From positions 3,330,001-3,362,000 of the forward strand of contig NC_000962.3 of NCBI RefSeq assembly GCF_000195955.2: a stretch of 32,000 nt of DNA, in the 5' to 3' direction. Positions within the stretch are counted from its first letter, which is position 1; each line of letters begins with the position of its first letter. This document shows, one piece after another, positions 27,602-32,000 of the stretch. The position numbers were made by a program, and so were the translations under genes. Source of the stretch: Mycobacterium tuberculosis H37Rv. GTDB lineage: Bacteria; Actinomycetota; Actinomycetes; Mycobacteriales; Mycobacteriaceae. The notes below the pieces were generated by a model. The model saw nothing but the letters and a program-made list of their open reading frames with translations, was not told the DNA's origin and ran no database searches.

Positions 27602-28567
27602 ATGGCGGGCGCCAAACATGCTGGGAGAATCGTCGCGATCACCACCGCGGCGGCGGTGATACTGGCGGCGTGCAGTTCGGGCTCCAAGGGTGGAGCGGGC
27701 AGCGGCCACGCCGGCAAAGCTCGTTCGGCGGTGACCACCACCGATGCCGACTGGAAGCCGGTGGCCGACGCGCTGGGACGTAGCGGCAAGCTCGGAGACA
27801 ACAACACCGCGTATCGGATCAACCTGCCGCGCAATGACCTTCACATCACGTCCTACGGTGTGGACATCAAACCGGGGCTGTCGTTGGGCGGGTACGCGGC
27901 ATTCGCCCGATACGACAACAACGAAACGCTGCTGATGGGCGACCTCGTGATCACCGAGGAGGAGTTGCCCAAGGTCACCGATGCGTTGCAGGCGCATGGT
28001 ATCGCCCAGACCGCACTGCACAAGCATCTGCTGCAGCAAGACCCGCCGGTGTGGTGGACCCACATTCACGGCATGGGTGATGCCGCCCGACTGGCCCAAG
28101 GACTCAAGGCGGCGTTGGATGCCACAACGATCGGCCCGCCTACCCCACCGCCGGCACGGCAACCACCGGTCGACATCGACGTCGCCGGCGTCGACCAGGC
28201 GTTGGGCCGCAAGGGAACCCAAGATGGTGGGCTGATGAAGTACAGCATCCCCCGCAAAGACACCATCATCGAGGACGGGCACGTGCTGCCCGCAGTGTCG
28301 CTGAACCTGACGACGGTGATCAATTTTCAGCCGGTGGGCCGCGGTCGCGCAGCGATCAACGGCGATTTCATCCTGATCGCCCCCGAGGTTCAGGAGGTCA
28401 TCCGGGCAATGCGTGCCGGCAACATCACGATCGTGGAACTGCACAACCATGGGCTGACCGAAGAGCCCCGCCTGTTCTACATGCATTACTGGGCCGTCGA
28501 CGACGCGGTCACCCTGGCGCGGGCGCTGCGCCCGGCGATGGATGCCACCAACCTGCAGTCGTCATAA
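27602..28567 (+). CDS. lppY: lipoprotein of the LppY/LpqO family (DUF1259)
   Basis: 321 aa from ATG 27602, with a GGAGGG Shine-Dalgarno sequence 7 nt upstream. The signal peptide has a lipobox (VILAAC|SSGS). Confidence 0.9.
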   Translation: MAGAKHAGRIVAITTAAAVILAACSSGSKGGAGSGHAGKARSAVTTTDADWKPVADALGRSGKLGDNNTAYRINLPRNDLHITSYGVDIKPGLSLGGYAAFARYDNNETLLMGDLVITEEELPKVTDALQAHGIAQTALHKHLLQQDPPVWWTHIHGMGDAARLAQGLKAALDATTIGPPTPPPARQPPVDIDVAGVDQALGRKGTQDGGLMKYSIPRKDTIIEDGHVLPAVSLNLTTVINFQPVGRGRAAINGDFILIAPEVQEVIRAMRAGNITIVELHNHGLTEEPRLFYMHYWAVDDAVTLARALRPAMDATNLQSS

Positions 28568-28611
28568 TCCCGATGCAACCGCATAAGGGCTGGTGTGGCT
28601 GATGCATCCTG

Positions 28612-29271
28612 ATGGCGGTGCATGGTTTCCTGCTCGAACGGGTCAGCGTGGTGCGCGACGAGGCGACGGTGCTGCGGCAGGTCAGCGCGCATTTTCCCGC
28701 TGGCCGCTGCAGTGCGGTGCGGGGCGCCAGTGGATCGGGAAAGACCACGCTGCTGCGGTTGCTGAACCGGCTCATCGATCCGACGTCCGGAAAAGTCTGG
28801 CTTGACGGTGTGCCGCTCACCGATCTGGATGTGCTCGTGTTACGTCGGCGGGTCGGCCTGGTTGCGCAGGCTCCCGTGGTGCTTACCGATGCGGTGCTCA
28901 ATGAGGTTCGCGTCGGACGCCCGGACCTGCCAGAAGGTCGAGTGACCGAGCTGCTGGCGCGGCTGTGTCTCGGCCAGTCCGCACGCGAAGCGTTCTTGCC
29001 GCACCAACGATCCGCCTTGCGCACTGCGCTGATACCCGCGATCGACTCCACGAAAGTCGTTGGGCTGATTAGCCTTCCGGGTGCGATGTCCGGACTTATC
29101 CTGGCCGGGGTCGACCCGCTGACCGCGATCCGCTACCAAATCGTGGTGATGTACCTGCTGCTCGCCGCCACCGCGGTGGCAGCGCTGACCTGTGCACGCC
29201 TGGCTGAACGTGCCTTATTCGACCGCGCGCACCGGCTCGTTTCGCTGCCCGCGGCGACTCGTCGGGCATGA
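28612..29271 (+). CDS. chimeric ORF: N-terminal part of a FetA/YbbL-type ABC ATPase fused to the C-terminal part of a FetB/YbbM-type permease (probable deletion remnant)
   Basis: Residues 1 to ~125 carry Walker A (GASGSGKTTLLRLLNRLIDPTSGKVWLDG) and a Q-loop-like region (GLVAQAPVV), but no ABC signature or Walker B. From ~135 onward the sequence RSALRTALIPAIDSTKVVGLISLPGAMSGLILAGVDPLTAIRYQIVVMYLLL.. resembles the conserved C-terminus of UPF0014/FetB permeases. Confidence 0.75.
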   Translation: MAVHGFLLERVSVVRDEATVLRQVSAHFPAGRCSAVRGASGSGKTTLLRLLNRLIDPTSGKVWLDGVPLTDLDVLVLRRRVGLVAQAPVVLTDAVLNEVRVGRPDLPEGRVTELLARLCLGQSAREAFLPHQRSALRTALIPAIDSTKVVGLISLPGAMSGLILAGVDPLTAIRYQIVVMYLLLAATAVAALTCARLAERALFDRAHRLVSLPAATRRA

Positions 29272-29319
29272 GTTCGCGACTCGATCACAGCCAATCGCCG
29301 CTGTGGCATGTGGCCGTTG

Positions 29320-29538
29320 TCAGTCGTTATCCACGGTCTCCGTGCCCAGGAAGCGAAAGCCCTGATCCAGGTGCACTTCCACCTGAGTACCATCGGGTTT
29401 GGTGACGAGCACCCTCATCGCTTCATCCCTTCTTGTCGTCGTCGTGGTTACGAAGGCGACGCTAACGGCGCCAGATGAAGCCCCGATGAAGGCAGCGACG
29501 CCGGTGACACAACGGGGCGGACCTGCCCCGTGGCACAC
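29320..29538 (-). CDS. possible small protein with a PepSY-like C-terminal segment (72 aa, or 32 aa from ATG 29418); uncertain
   Basis: The C-terminus MRVLVTKPDGTQVEVHLDQGFRFLGTETVDND resembles the last strands of PepSY domains. GAAGGGA lies about 7 nt upstream of ATG 29418. GC3 is only moderate and there is no full domain. Confidence 0.3.
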   Translation of the reverse strand: MCHGAGPPRCVTGVAAFIGASSGAVSVAFVTTTTTRRDEAMRVLVTKPDGTQVEVHLDQGFRFLGTETVDND

Positions 29539-29568
29539 GGCGGTTGCCGGTCACGATCACTGCAGTGT

Positions 29569-30619
<1,051 letters not shown>

Positions 30620-30623
30620 CTAG

Positions 30624-31130
30624 CTACTTGGCGGTGCCGATGCCGCGCGGACCGCGGGACAGCGACACCATTCCGGATTGGGCGATTTCGCGAATACCGA
30701 ACGGCTCCAACACCCGCAGCAGGGCCTCTAACTTGCCGCGGTTACCGGTGGCCTCGACGGTCAATGACTCCGGGGATACGTCAATCACGTTGGCGCGAAA
30801 CAGATTCACCGCTTCGATCACTTGGCTGCGGCTGCCGGCGTCGGCTTGGACCTTGATGAGCGCCAATTCCCGTGACACCGAGTGCTCGTCGTCCTGCTCG
30901 ACGATCTTGATGACGTTGATCAGCTTGTTGAGCTGCTTGGTGATCTGCTCGAGCGGAGTGTCCTCGGCGGAGACCACGATGGTCATCCGTGACCTGTCCT
31001 TGCACTCGGTGGCACCCACCGCCAACGACTCGATGTTGAAACCGCGCCGGGAGAACAGCGCCGCCACCCGCGCCAGCACGCCGGGCTTGTCTTCGACCAA
31101 CACCGACAACGTGTGCGTCTTCGGGCTCAT
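30624..31130 (-). CDS. ilvN: acetolactate synthase small (regulatory) subunit
   Basis: A 168-aa ORF with an ACT domain (HTLSVLVEDKPGVLARVAALFSRRGFNIESLAVG). Its ATG overlaps the ilvB1 stop (ATGA). Confidence 0.95.
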   Translation of the reverse strand: MSPKTHTLSVLVEDKPGVLARVAALFSRRGFNIESLAVGATECKDRSRMTIVVSAEDTPLEQITKQLNKLINVIKIVEQDDEHSVSRELALIKVQADAGSRSQVIEAVNLFRANVIDVSPESLTVEATGNRGKLEALLRVLEPFGIREIAQSGMVSLSRGPRGIGTAK

Positions 31131-32000
31131 CAGGCGTGGCCTTCGGTGATGTCGTCGAACAGGGGGCGAATGCCGCGGGCGGCCTGGATCTCGTCATTGC
31201 TGGTGCCCGCGGCCACCATCGGCCACACTTGCGCGTCGGCACCGACGATGAAGTCGATCACCACCGGGCAGTCGTTGATCGCCCGCGCCTGGTTGATGAC
31301 GTCGACGACGTCCTCTTCCCGCTCGCACCGCAACCCCACACACCCCAAGGCCTCGGCCAGTTTCACGAAGTCGGGGATGCGGTGCGAATGAGTGGCCAGG
31401 TCGGTCTGCGAGTACCGCTCGGCATAGAACAGGCTCTGCCACTGCCGCACCATGCCCAGGTTGCCGTTGTTGATCAGCGCCACCTTGACCGGTATGCCCT
31501 CGACCGCGCAGGTGGCCAGCTCCTGGTTGGTCATCTGGAAGCAACCGTCGCCGTCGATCGCCCAGACCTCGGTGCCGGGGAGGGCGATCTTGGCGCCCAT
31601 GGCCGCCGGGATGGCAAACCCCATGGTGCCCAGACCGCCGGAGTTCAGCCAGCTGCGCGGCTTTTCGTATCTGATGAACTGCGCGGCCCACATCTGGTGC
31701 TGGCCGACGCCGGCGACGAAGACGGCGTCCGGCCCGGCGATCTCGCCGAGCTTTTCGATCACGTATTCCGGGCTCAGGCTGCCGTCGCTCTGCGGCCCAT
31801 AGCTCAGCGGATAGGTCTTGCGCACACCGTTCAGGTATGCCCACCAGTCGGCCATCTCGATGGTGCCGGGAATGTGGTGGTGGCGCAGCATCGCGATCAG
31901 TTCGGTGATGACGGCCTTGACGTCACCGACGATGGGCACGTCGGCGTGGCGGTTCTTGCCGATCTCGGCCGGGTCGATGTCGGCGTGGATGACCTTGGCT
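31130..32000 (-). CDS. ilvB1: acetolactate synthase large (catalytic) subunit, C-terminal ~290 codons; the 5' end lies beyond the right edge
   Basis: It has the ThDP-binding motif ([43 protein letters not shown]). The frame is open to nt 32000. Confidence 0.95.

Noticed and set aside
26998-27834. 278-aa minus-strand ORF taken as one intact hypothetical protein
   Set aside because: Only its last ~75 codons are meaningful (histidine-kinase remnant). The upstream two thirds are out-of-frame HAMP/H-box sequence and antisense lppY, with a nonsense composition. I re-interpreted it as a pseudogene.
27551-28486. 311-aa minus-strand ORF
   Set aside because: It is antisense to lppY, which has a signal peptide with a lipobox and a good SD. 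There are no motifs in the antisense translation.

Overview
This is a GC-rich (about 65%) actinobacterial chromosomal window. From gene content and order I recognise it as the Mycobacterium tuberculosis complex region running from the yloV-like DAK2 gene, rpmB, ung and thiL through to ilvBNC. From memory this is roughly Rv2974c to Rv3003c in H37Rv numbering, and the locus tags are recollection, not a search result. About 30 protein genes are supported. Most are core housekeeping: ung, thiL, ddlA, gpsA, fbiD, ppk1, mutT1, hupB, leuCD, gltX, leuB, serA1, ilvC, ilvN and ilvB1. There are also two tRNAs (Gln-CUG and Glu-CUC) just downstream of gltX. The accessory or unusual content is as follows. 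(1) One IS607-family insertion sequence (serine-recombinase TnpA plus a catalytically intact-looking TnpB) whose tnpB stop codon overlaps the thiL start codon. (2) Two intergenic tandem-repeat arrays of MIRU/VNTR type: 5 x 59 bp between the DUF3515 gene and ddlA, and about 2.3 x 56 bp between the FAH-family gene and the MFS gene. (3) A frameshift-split DAK2 gene. (4) A gene-decay zone at about 26.5-29.6 kb. It holds an orphan DUF433 gene, a frameshifted and internally deleted sensor histidine kinase remnant, an ORF that looks like a deletion fusion of an ABC ATPase N-terminus to a FetB-type permease C-terminus, and a small PepSY-like ORF. (5) Several strong hairpins at convergent gene ends and very compact divergent promoters that suggest leaderless mRNAs. 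I found no convincing evidence for a wholly new multi-gene system such as a defence island, CRISPR array or prophage. The best follow-up candidates are the TnpB/omega-RNA-thiL junction and the decayed loci. Many long ORFs in the six-frame track are antisense or out-of-frame artefacts typical of high-GC DNA and were rejected.
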